A stretch of 64,000 nt of DNA from Phaeosaccion multiseriatum (lineage: Eukaryota; Protista; Ochrophyta, other classes), in assembly GCA_965112735.1 (NCBI GenBank), contig OZ218958.1, positions 1,178,001-1,242,000 on the forward strand, given 5' to 3'. Of the stretch, positions 39,441 through 50,469 are shown one piece after another (positions within the stretch are counted from its first letter, which is position 1; every line of letters begins with the position of its first letter). The translations under genes were made by a program, and so were the position numbers. Below the pieces are notes generated by a model. It had not been told where the DNA came from and ran no database searches. It worked only from the letters and a program-made list of their open reading frames with translations.

Positions 39441-39918
39441 GATGAGCGTCCCTGCGATGTCCTCGAGGACAGCACGTGCAGGTGCTCCTGATGCCTCCTC
39501 CCCCCCTCTTCTCTTCCCCTCTCCCCCTCACTCCAGGCGAGACGAGAGTCGACCTCCGTCGCCTCTTGCTCTTCAGGCTCCGACTTTACCCCCCACTGCA
39601 CCCCCTTCTGCAGATGCACAGCTGCAGCTCTCCGGCTTGCAGTGCTGTGCTTAGGGTGCTCTTTCTGCTATCTCTCCTCGTAAGCGACGCTTGCGGCACG
39701 CTGTAACGGCTGCAGTTTCAGTTTTTTTGCCTTTTCGTTACGGAATCTGAGTGAGAGAGAGAGGGGAGAACGAGAGAGGAGGAGGATAGGAGCAATGATG
39801 GAGATATCCACCAGAAGGAAGGACTCGTGATGAACTGCTGAATGCCTCAGCGGTGGCGGCAGTAGAGAAGCAGCGGCAGTAGAGAAGAAAATAGCAGCCG
39901 CAGCAGCAGGAGCCCAAA
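39441..39918. promoter_or_regulatory. Probable bidirectional promoter/5'UTR region between dynein alpha HC and SPEF2
   Basis: Only 478 bp separate the two divergent start codons (39440 minus, 39919 plus). The region is nearly free of the SSRs that fill the introns. Confidence 0.65.
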
Positions 39919-40749
39919 ATGTCTGAGCTGCTACTACGGTGGCTCAATGAGGAGGTGGGGCTGGAGACGGCCGTACTCAACCTCCAGGAAGACTTTAGGA
40001 ATGGATATCTGCTGGGAGAGCTCTTGTTTCTGCACAACCAGCAGGTGAGTGTGACGGTAACACAAGGGGAACGAACGGGCAGACCCATCAGAAGTCAAGT
40101 GCACCAGAGTATTACATACAGTATATAGAATAGCGACACGAACAATAAACGCGATCGCAGTGTCGCACTCTTTACATTCCTAGGTGTCGCCTTGTCTTCC
40201 ATCGCTTCCCTTATCTTCTCACCTCTCTTCTACACAAGCTGCTAATCTCCCTTCATCCACCCCCCTCCCCACCCCACCCCTCAGCCCGACTTTAAGCAGT
40301 GCTTCCGAGATGAGGGGGCATCCGCGGTGATGGTGCAGAATTACTCCCTGCTAGAGCCCACACTGCGCGGCCTCAACGTACCATTCGATGCCCCCGCCGC
40401 GTTCAACATGATGCACGGCAAGGGAGACACCACTGCAGCGGTGCTATACCATGTCAAGATGAAGCTCGACAGACTGGAGCGCTTCTCGCACCCCATCAGT
40501 GTCCGCACACGCAGCCTCGGGCCAGACGGTATGGTGATGATGGATGACGCTCACCAGCAGCAATCGGCCCTCGCCCTGACCGCTACAGGTGGAGGAGACA
40601 CGGGAGGAGGAGGGGGGGGGTACTCGGGCAGCGGCTTCATCCGCCCCCTCCCCAACCTTTCTCAGCGCCTGAGCAAGCCCCAGTTCGACTCGGCGTCGCA
40701 CACAATCTTCGTTGCTTCCATCAAGCAGATGGTGCAGGTACGTAGCATT

Positions 40750-40811
<62 letters not shown>

Positions 40812-43800
40812 CCTTGTGAGGAGCGGAGCGCCACAAGCCCTGCTGACAACGAGTCGACCTTTTGCCCGTCTGTCTGTCTGTCTGTCTGTCTGCCTGCCTG
40901 CCTGCCCCTGTGCACCTGCCTGCCTTTCTTCCCTTTGCTTTGAAGCGCGAACTCCTCCCTCATCAAGTCTTGGTTCTTCTGCCTCCGTCCCTCCGTCGCT
41001 CCTTTTCCCCCTCTCCCCGTCTCCCGCTCTCGCCCTCTTTCTCTCTCCCCTCTCCCCTCCCCTCCTCTCCTCTCCCCTCCTCCTCCCCTCCTCCCCCTCT
41101 CTCCCTCCCCCCCCCCCCCTATCCCTCACTACCCTCTCTCTCTCTCTCTCTCTCTCTCGACCCTCTTAAGGACCAACGTGATGTGAACATGGCCCGTGTG
41201 CTCAAACCCTTCGAGGAGGAGGGACAGTTCCAACGCACCCTCGCCCACGAGCGTCAGCTGCAGACACTGACGGAAATGGACCTACTCACAGATGCCATTC
41301 GAGCGCAGAACCAACAGGTGCTGCTGCAGAAGAAGGCCGCCTCCATCTCACAGCAGCGCATGAGCACCAAGGTAAGCGAATGAGTGCGTGGGTTGGAGGG
41401 AGTCTTATCGATGATCCACACGTGGTCACGGTTCGACATGAAAGTCACATGGTTCCATGGTCACCTGCTAAGGGCTTCACTCTCTAGAGAACCCCGTGCT
41501 TACTCCCTCTCTCTCTGTCCCTCTTCCCCTTTGTCGTCGTTCTTCCTTTCGCCGCAACAGGAGTGGCAAATGAACCGAAGGAGAGCAAGAGCGAGAGAGA
41601 ACTCTGCCAAGCGATTCCAAGCTGCCCGTGACCGGGCCCGGCACTCGTGGGAGCAGGCCTGTCGAGAGGCAGACCAATACGCTGTGGTGAGCGATATTCA
41701 GACCTTCGAGGACAGGCTACAGGAGGTAGTTGCTGCTTCCAGCGCCAACGCCATGATTGGGGGAGGAGGAGGAGGAGGAGGAGGAGGAGGAGGAGGAGGA
41801 GGAGGAGGAGGAGGAGGAGGAGGAGGAGGAGGCAGTGGTAACCAGCGAGAGGAGGAGGAGGACAGCGACCAAATGAACTGCGCCTCTCTACTGCGCCATG
41901 GCAAGCTGGATGGACGGACCCTGCAGGCGGGCTTCCTCCGGCAAATGACGGCCATGCTGGAGGCGAGGGAGGAAGGTGGAGGAGGGGCGGGCAGCAGCGG
42001 CGGAAACCCCAGGGACATGCGGAGGAGGAAGTTCCTGAGTCAGGTGAGTGGGTGTGTGGTGTGTATCGATCGATGTCAAGTATCGCAGTCATCGATGTAT
42101 CGATTCGGTATCGAATTGGAGATCGAGCTCTTTGAGTGGCGTTGGCAATTCAAGTCATATCATGGTATGATGGTGCCTTTTTCCACACCGAAACTCTAGC
42201 TAGCTACCCAGCCCGGTGGTTTAAAGGAGCTGAAACTGACCCTGAATCATACATCTCCGCCGTCTGTAACTGCCAAAACTTGCCAACATCAACATCAACA
42301 TCAACCAACAGGTAGAGCAGATCCAAACGGCCGAGTACCGAGAGGAGGCTCGAGACAAGCTCTGCGCGGAGCTGAGTCGGTGCTGCGCGGTGGAGGAGGT
42401 GGTTGAGGAGAGAAGGGAGGAGCTCATGCGTTACAAGCAAGTCATGAAGCTCAACAGGGAGTTCCGGTAAGTGGGAGGAGGAGGAGGGAGGGGCGATCTC
42501 CTTGTATTCATTTCATGTGTTATGTGAAAGCGCCGTCGCAAGTGCTCAGCGCTATGCAGTGCTCACCCTCCCTCGTCTCCCCCCCCGCTCCTCGCCACCC
42601 CTCTTCTCCCCTCCTCTCCCCTCCCCCTCCCTCCCCTTCCACCCCACTCCACTCCCTCCCTCTTGCCTCCCCTCCTCTCCCCTCCCCCTCCCACGCCCTC
42701 CGCTCCCCTCCCCTCCCGTCCCCTCCCCTCCCCTTCCCCTCCCCTCCTCTGCCCCCCCCCCCCCCTCCCCTCCCCCCTCCCTACACCCTCCCAGCGAGAA
42801 GCAGTACTTGTCCCAGGAAGACATCGACGCCGAGAACGCCTTCTTGTGCGACAAGATGGCCCACGACCTCGACCGAGTCGCGTACGAACAAGACCTTCGA
42901 GCCCAAACCGAACGTTACGCCCTCAGAACGGAGGCCTCCGCCAAAATTGAGGCCTCCAGAGTGGAGCATTTGGTGAGAGATGTGTTCCAAGAGGTGTTGG
43001 AGGTGGTGAGTGAGGTGGTGAGTTTCCGAGCCTACACGCGCTATAGCGGAGGACAGGTCGTGTGGGAGGATGCAGACGCTGCTGTGGCGGTGATTGCTCG
43101 AGCAAGACAAGGAGAAGAAGGAGGAGGAGGAGGAGGAGCAGGAGGAGGAGGAGGAGGAGGAGGAGAGCAGGCACCGCAGTCTCAGGGAGCAGCAGGAGCA
43201 GCAGCAACTGCACCACCTGCCGCAGCAACCGCGGTGGGAACGGGGGCAAAGAGCGGAGCGGCGAGGAAGGCTAGCCGTAAGGCCAGTCGCAAGCCGAGTC
43301 AAGCGCCCCATCCGACCCCCACCTCCGCTGCTGCTGTACCACCAACTGCTGCTGCTGCTGCTGCGGCTGGCAACGACGCTGCGGGTGCGCGTGGGGCTCC
43401 TTTCCCTGCGACAAGCACTCGGGGTGCTGCCAGCAAAGAGGAGGGGCGGGGAGTTGATACGCTTATGCCTGCTGCGACATGGGGGGATGTGAAGCGGTCC
43501 TTCGTCCGGGGAGGAGGCATGCTTCTGGGCGCTGTCTTGGATGATGGAGGTGTGAGGGACGGTGAACCCCTCCCCCTCGAAGGCCGGGAGTGGGGCAAGG
43601 CAGTGATGATGCGGGCGGCCGGCCCCAGGGCCCGACGGGCGAGCGGAGGCTTCTCTCGGGGGGGGCAGCTGACGGCGCTGGCGGAGTTTTTGGACGAGAG
43701 CGAGTTGGTGGACTACTTACGGATGGCGGGGTGGTGGGCGACGGCGGCATCTACAACGGATCACCAACGCGGTGAGCAGGCACAGACAGAAGAGAGTGCA

Positions 43801-45018
43801 GATGGTCTTCTTCTTACCGAGGGAGCGGCGGAAGATGTACAGGCAGAGGGAGAGGCAGAAGGAGAGGGAGAGGGAGAGAGACAGGGCGAGAGCGATGCAT
43901 GGGCTGACGTGGCGAGGAGTGTGCTGGACCGCGTGCCCCCTCAGTTCGGGCTGGCGGAGGCAGTGGTGGAGACCCGTCTCGCTGCCTCGCCCCTGCCCCC
44001 GCCGCCCCCGCGTCCTGCTGTCCCGTACTACCCCGTGCGAGTGTGCTTGAGTGGCCCACCCTTCTCCGGCAAGAGCGAGCAGGCGATGCGCCTCGCCATG
44101 AAGCACCATCTCAAGCCTCTCTCCGTTGGGGCGCTGCTGGAGGAGGCGATGGAGGCAGGAGCCAAGGCGCTTGCCGACCCCACTTCCTCACTGAGCGCCA
44201 CCACCGCCGCCGCCGCCGCAGAGGGAAGTGGTGGTGGTCGTGGTGTGGAGCAAGGAGGAGGGAAGGTAGGGGAGCAAGCAGCGCAAGCAGCAGCGGCGGT
44301 CGCAGCAGTAACAGCAGCAGCAGCACCAGCAGCAGCAGGAGGAGGAGGAGGAGGAGAAGAAGAAGGAGGAGGGGGTGATCAGAAGGTCGAGGGGGAAGAG
44401 GAGCAGGCGGACAACGGGCAGAGGGCAGAGGAGGGTGCCAGTGGCGGCGAAGGAGAAGGAGAAAGAGAAGGGGTGGAAGGGGAGCCTGAAGGGCAAGAGG
44501 CACGGGAGGAGAGGAGGAGGAAGAGTGAGAAGGAGAAAGAGGTGTCCTTGCCGCCGCCGACGCTACAACGGGCGCTAACTCGTCGAGGCTCCATCCCCGT
44601 ACGCACCCTCACCCCCCTGGAGAAATTGGGTATCTCGGCCCAATCCATCATGCTCAAGGGCCAACCCGTACCCGACCACATCTATGTCGGGGTCCTGGTA
44701 GAGGCCATCATCGCCATGCGGGAAGAGAAAGAGGTGCATTTGGATGGTATCGAGGGCCCATACCACGGCTGGGTGGTCGATGATTTCCCTGAAACGGCGG
44801 CCCAGGTGGAAATGTTGGAGGCGGCCTTGTCAGGTTTCCGAGAGGGCGAATTTTATCCGCATCGTTCGGAGAGGCAGTCTCGCGTGGCTGGGCCCCTGTT
44901 TTTGGACAAGGGGGGGAGGGCAGGAGGAGGGGGAGGAGGAGGAGGAGGAGGAGGAGGAGGAGGAGGAGGAGGAGGAGGAGGAGGAGGAGGAGGAGGAGGA
45001 GGAGGAGGAGGAGGAGGA

Positions 45019-45053
<35 letters not shown>

Positions 45054-48000
45054 AAGGCCAGAGCTGGAGCCACCGTTCAGCCCGGGCCCCTCAGGCATGA
45101 GTGCGGTGGTAATGATCACCGTAGATAGGGAGTCGCTCTTTAGGCGGTCGGCAGGTAAGAGGGGAGAGAGGGAGGGAGGGAGGGAGGGAGGGAGGGAGGG
45201 AGGGAGGGAGGGAGGGAGGGAGGGAGGGAGGGAGGGAGGGAGGGAGGGAGGGAGGGAGGGAGGGAGGGAGGGAGGGAGGGAGGGAGGGAGGGAGGGAGGG
45301 AGGGGGAGGGAGGGAGGGAGGGAGGGAGGGAGGGAGGGAGGGAGGGAGGGAGGGAGGGAGGGAGGGAGGGAGGGAGGGAGGGAGGGAGGGAGGGAGGGAG
45401 GGAGGGAGGGAGGGAGGGAGGGAGGGAGGGAGGGAGGGAGGGAGGGAGGGAGGGAGGGAGGGAGGGAGGGAGGGAGGGAGGGAGGGAGGGAGGGAGGGAG
45501 GGAGGGAGGGAGGGAGGGAGGGAGGGAGGGAGGGAGGGAGGGAGGGAGGGAGGGAGGGAGGGAGGGAGGGAGGGAGGGAGGGAGGGAGGGAGGGAGGGAG
45601 GGAGGGAGGGAGGGAGGGAGGGAGGGAGGGAGGGAGGGAGGGAGGGAGGGAGGGAGGGAGGGAGGGAGGGAGGGAGGGAGGGAGGGAGGGAGGGAGGGAG
45701 GGAGGGAGGGAGGGAGGGAGGGAGGGAGGGAGGGAGGGAGGGAGGGAGGGAGGGAGGGAGGGAGGGAGGGAGAGAGAGATGGAGGGAGAGAGAGATGGAG
45801 GGAGGGGGGGAGGGGGGGAGGAGGGGACGGAGAGAGGGGGAGAAGAGAGAACTCAAACGCGAACCAATGTTCCATCCCGTCCCATCCATTGCCATCCATT
45901 GCCATCCATTGCCGTCCATTGCCATTCAACCACCCAGGTCGGCGAGTGGATCCTCTCACCGGAGAGATGTATCACTTCGAAGGCTCCCTGCCCCCTTACG
46001 ACAGCGAGTGCAAAGGGCGGTTACTGCAGCCCCAGGACCCTTGCAGCAGGCCCCCTCAACTTGCCCTACAGTTGGCGACGCACGACAGCAAGGTGGGGGC
46101 CTTGAAACGCACATTGGAGAGATTTGGAACGTTACACGAGGTGAATGGTACGGGTTTGTCGCAGGATGCGCTGTGCGCCAAGATCGGGGCCATTGTGAAA
46201 GACATCAAAGAGCAGGCCTTGGCAGTGCAGGAGAAGGAGGGGGAAGAGCAGGAGGAGGAGGAGGAGAAGGAGAAGGAGAAGCAGCGTCAGCGGGTAAAGA
46301 GCGAAGAGGCGGCAGCAGCGGCGGAAGCGGCGGCGACTGAGGTGGCGCCACAAGAGGAGAAGGAGGAGGGGGTAGATGCTGCTGCCGGGTCCCCTTCTGC
46401 TGGTGCCTCGGCAACGGCGTCCGGGAAAAAGGGCTCCTCGAAAGGCTTGAAGGGCTCTGCCTCCTCCTCCTCCTCCTCCTCCTCCTCGGCGCCAGGAAGC
46501 AGGCCCATCAGTGCTGCTGTCTCCGGTGCCTCCCTCCCCCCGCCCCCCCTGCCGGCCGCCTTCGCCGTGCCCGTCTTGTGCGGTGCGCTGGCGACGCCCT
46601 TGGCCGAGGGTTGGGATCTGGCGGAGGACCAATACCTCAACCTTCTAAGGCGTGTCTTTAGAGAGCTCAGAACGCAGCGAACGCGTGTCACACAGCACCT
46701 GCATCATGCACAGAGCAGGTTCGAGGCCTTCATCGCACGTGGGCACACCCTCTCTGCGTCGTTGCTGGAGCTGACGGCGGCCTTTAACGGAGCGGACGCC
46801 GCCAACTACCAGCAACATGGTAACCATGTGGTTGTTGCTTCGTCTTCGCCATCGTCGCCAACCGATGCTGCTGCTGGTGATGGCGATGCGGTGTCTGTAT
46901 CACCAACCGCTGATGGTGCTGTTGTCGATGACATCAACGGTATTACACAGGATATGCGCTTCTCCGACAGCGTGAGAAAGGTGAGGGGCAGGCGGGGCAC
47001 TTATTGACTTAGTAGGAATCACATAAGACACTGAAAGTATGGGGCAGGAGGGGCAAGCGCCACATCGCGTTGTTGAGGAGGGCGAAGAGGTCAGGGCAGG
47101 GAGGGGCACTTGTTGACTTAGTAGGAATCACATAAGACACTGAAAGTATGGGGCAGGGAGGGGCTGACTTTGAGTGTTTCGTTGGTGGTGAGCGAAGGGA
47201 GAAACGCTAGTGGAGTGGTGGTTGGTGATAGCTCATGCGAGTGAAGTGGTCATGGGAGGTCAGGAAAGAGAGTGACTGACTGACGCTGAGTGCATGGTTG
47301 GTACGTTCATGGCGCCTGCCTGTCTCCGTCTCGCAAGATGCCCGATGCCCTTCCTCCTCCTCCTCCTCCTCCTCCTCCTCCTCCTCCTCCTCTCTCTCCC
47401 TCCCACTCTCTCTAATCTCTCTGTTTGTCTACGTCTCATCCATCTCTCCATATCGCTTCTCCCGTCCATCTGCCTGCCCCCCTCTCTCTATCTCGCTCCT
47501 CCTCTCCCTCTCCCTCCCCTCCCCCTCTCATCCTCCCCCCCTCCTCCCTCCCCCTCTCTTTCGGCTGCTCTGTCTCTCTCTCCCTCCCCCTCCCCCTCTC
47601 CCTCCCCTCACAGGAACTAAACCTTCGGCGCGAAGAATGCCGATGCACAATGTGGCTCGAGATCGAGGCACGCCGGGCCCTCAACGAAGCTTCTCTTGTC
47701 GAACTGAAGCAAGACGGGTGGACTGAACGCCAAGTCGCTGAGGTGGAGAACCATTTCATGATGCTTATCCAAGCTGAAGTGGATCGGTTTCATGCGGGAC
47801 TCCGCCTCCTCATGGATTACCATGCGGCGATTCAACAGGACGACGCACCCGATATTCCCCTCTTGCCGGTGTTGCTCCCCGAGGAGCTGGAGGCGGAGGA
47901 AGGGGCAGCGACGGATGGAGGAGGAGGAGGAGGAGGAGGGGGAGGGGAGAAGGGAGAGAAGAACAAGAAGGGGGAGAAGGGCAAGAAGGGCGACAAGGGG

Positions 48001-48428
48001 GGAGGGAAAGATAAGAAGGATGCGAGTGGGGGCAACGCCGGCGGAGGCGCAGGAGGGGGCGCAATGGGTGTCGGTTTCATTAGCGGTGGTGACCGGCAGA
48101 CCGCGACGCCGCCCCCCACGCTGGAGTCCATGTGGCGCTCGGCTGCGGAGTTTGGCCAGGAGGGAACGGAGGGGGGAGGAGGAGTCGCCTCCGCCACCAC
48201 TACTGAAGAGGGTAAGAAAAAGAAGGGAGGAGGAGGAGGGGGAGCAGCAGGAGGAGGAGCAGCTGCAGCTGCAGCCGCAGCAGCGGCGGCGTCAGGCTCT
48301 GGTAATGGGGCGCCGCAGGACAACACTGTCTTGGGGAGGGCGCTGCGGCAAGTGGTGCTTTTGGCAGAGGCATGGGGCCCAGACGGATTCCCCATCCCGC
48401 CGTTGGAGGACGAGCAGTTGGCCATACA

Positions 48429-48459
<31 letters not shown>

Positions 48460-49599
48460 GGCATCTCCGGAAAGGACGTCGGCAAGTCAAAGGGCGGTGG
48501 CGGAAGCAGCAACAGTAGGGCATCGTTGACCACCCCGGCTGCTGGCGACGACGGTGGTGGTGGCGTTGGTGGTACAAAGAGCAGCAGCACCAAGCCAAGG
48601 CGACACCCCTACACAGCCCTTCACGAGTGCCTGTGGGCGGAAGTGTCGAAGCTGCAGTATCAAGTGGGGCATTTGGTGAGGGTAGGGAAGAGCGTTGCGG
48701 AGGGCGTGAGAAGACAGGCTCTGGCCATGTTTCAGCGGCTGGACGAGGCGTTGGAGCAGCGCTGGACGGCAGAGGTGGGTGGGCATATGTGTATATATAC
48801 TCACTCACTCACTCACTCACTCACTCCCTCCCTCCCTCCCTCCCTCACTCCCTCACTCACTCACTCACTCACTCACTCACCCACCCACCCACTCACCCAC
48901 TCACTCACCCACCCACCCACTCACCCACTGACTTGACTGTCAAACCTCACCCCTCCCACCGACCCCCCCCCTTCCTTGCCACAGGCGGCAGCCGTGGAGT
49001 GCTCTATGAAGCTCGTCGCTCTTGCCATCGCCGCCAAGGAGCCCCTCCCCTACGTCATCACCATTGAAGCAACTCGCGTAGAGGTCCAACAGGCCCTTCG
49101 CCTCGTAGCTCCACCCGTGCCTCCCCCCTCCCCTCCTCCTCTGGTGCTGCACTCGACGACTTTCTCTGCTGAGCAGCTCAACACGGTCAGGGGATTCTTG
49201 AGTGCACTCTCTCCTAAAGGCACACATGAGGACGACGACGCTGCAGCTGCTGCTGCCGTTGTTGAAGTTGAAGTTGAAGCCGACGCTCACAATCTCAAGA
49301 GTGAAGGGGGCGGAGGAGGAGGAGACGAGGAAGGAGCCAAGGGGGGAGAGGACGATCCGCCCACCACTGACGAGGTGTGGTTGTTGAAGTACGATGTGAT
49401 GGACGTGCTTACTCGGCTTCGGTCGGTGGACTGTGCGTTGCCGAGTGCGTGGGAGGAGTTGACAGAGGAGCAGCTCCGAGCGGTTACAGAAAGGTTCATC
49501 AACGGCCCCGAGGGGGACGACGGGGTTATTGAGGTGGAGCAGGCGTTGGGCTTGATTAAGGATGGGAAAATCTTTGAAGGAGTGATAGTCGTTGACTAG
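39919..49599 (+). CDS. SPEF2: Sperm flagellar protein 2 / central-pair CPC1-like protein. Exons approx 39919-40044, 40285-40737, 41171-41371, 41561-42043, 42312-42466, 42796-45154, 45939-46980, 47613-48774, 48985-49599
   Basis: N-terminal CH-like domain MSELLLRWLNEEVGL...LQEDFRNGYLLGELL..HNQQPDF...NYSLLEPTLRGLNV. Adenylate-kinase-like P-loop GPPFSGKS, GWVVDDFPET and lid-like GRRVDPLTGEMYH. Downstream DMRFSDSVRKELNLRREECRCTMW...LIQAEVDRF block typical of SPEF2. GT-AG introns keep frame. Confidence 0.88.
45167..45771 (+). repeat. ~600-bp near-perfect (GGGA)n microsatellite in a SPEF2 intron
   Basis: About 150 GGGA units directly after the donor at 45155. It makes the 1501-aa ORF read through as (GREG)n. 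Confidence 0.97.
46994..47157 (+). repeat. Two copies of a ~55-bp element (46994-47048, 47103-47157) belonging to a short dispersed repeat family also at ~16571-16612 (+) and ~34216-34254 (-)
   Basis: The core TTGACTTAGTAGGAATCACATAAGACACTGAAAGT aligns with TCGACTTACAGGAATCAACCTAAGA and with the reverse complement TTGACTTGATAGGAATCATCTAAGAAACTGAAAGT. Confidence 0.8.
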
Positions 49600-50469
49600 G
49601 TGGGAGGAGGAGGAAGAGGAAGAGCAGGAGCAGGAGGAGGAGGAGGAGGAGGAGGAGGAGGAGGAGGAGGAGGAGGAGGAGGAGGAGGGGGGGGGGGGGG
49701 TGAGGGGTGAGGGGTGAGAGGTGATGAATGGGGGAGGAGGAGTGAGGAGTGAGGAGTGAAGGATGGGGCGGTCGCTGTGGTACAGCGGGCTGGGGGGTGG
49801 CAACCGCACGGCCAGTAAAAGGGATCAAAGGTCAAAGGAGAACAAGCAAAAGTCTACGATCGAGGTTCGAGAGTAGAAGGGCGAGGCACGAGAGAGGTGT
49901 ACAGTGTGGTGCTACGACCACTATTGTTCGCTCCGCTCCTACAACACATTGTCTCCCTCCTCTCTGTATGTATACGCGCACGCGAATCCGCATGCACACC
50001 AATACAGTCACAGTTACAGAAAGAAAATGGGCAGTAAGTCAAGGAATGCGTTTGAATTTGATTTCGATCAGAAATCTGACCACCCTCCTTTTTTGTAAGC
50101 CTAGCCGAGCAAGCTGTGAGGAGCGGGAGTTAGGAGAGGCGTAGGCACTTTGCTAATCTTTGGTGTGTGAGGTGGCGGTGTGTGGCTGGATCAGATTGAA
50201 CGCAGACACCTCCTCAGCAGAACCGTCAAACTGGGGGTGGGGAAGAACAAAGGACGAAGAACGGGGGCGGACCAATAGCCGAAGAGCGGCCGTGGTTGAG
50301 CTCCCTCACGGCCTTGACCGGGGAGGGAGAGCGGCTGTGCCGGAGCAGTAGCGCCAGCCGGGCGCAGAGAGAGCCTATAAGGGGGGGCGGGTCAAGGAGG
50401 GCGGGAAAAGAAGAGGCACGTGAGGGAGAGAAGCGCATAGCGGAAAGTGTGGGCGAGGCCGCCGCAAGC

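Noticed and set aside
42502-47007. 1501-aa ORF with a (GREG)n domain, and its antisense (PPSL)n ORFs
   Set aside because: Read-through of the (GGGA)n intron 45155-45938, which has clear GT-AG ends. Tetranucleotide repeats lack stop codons.
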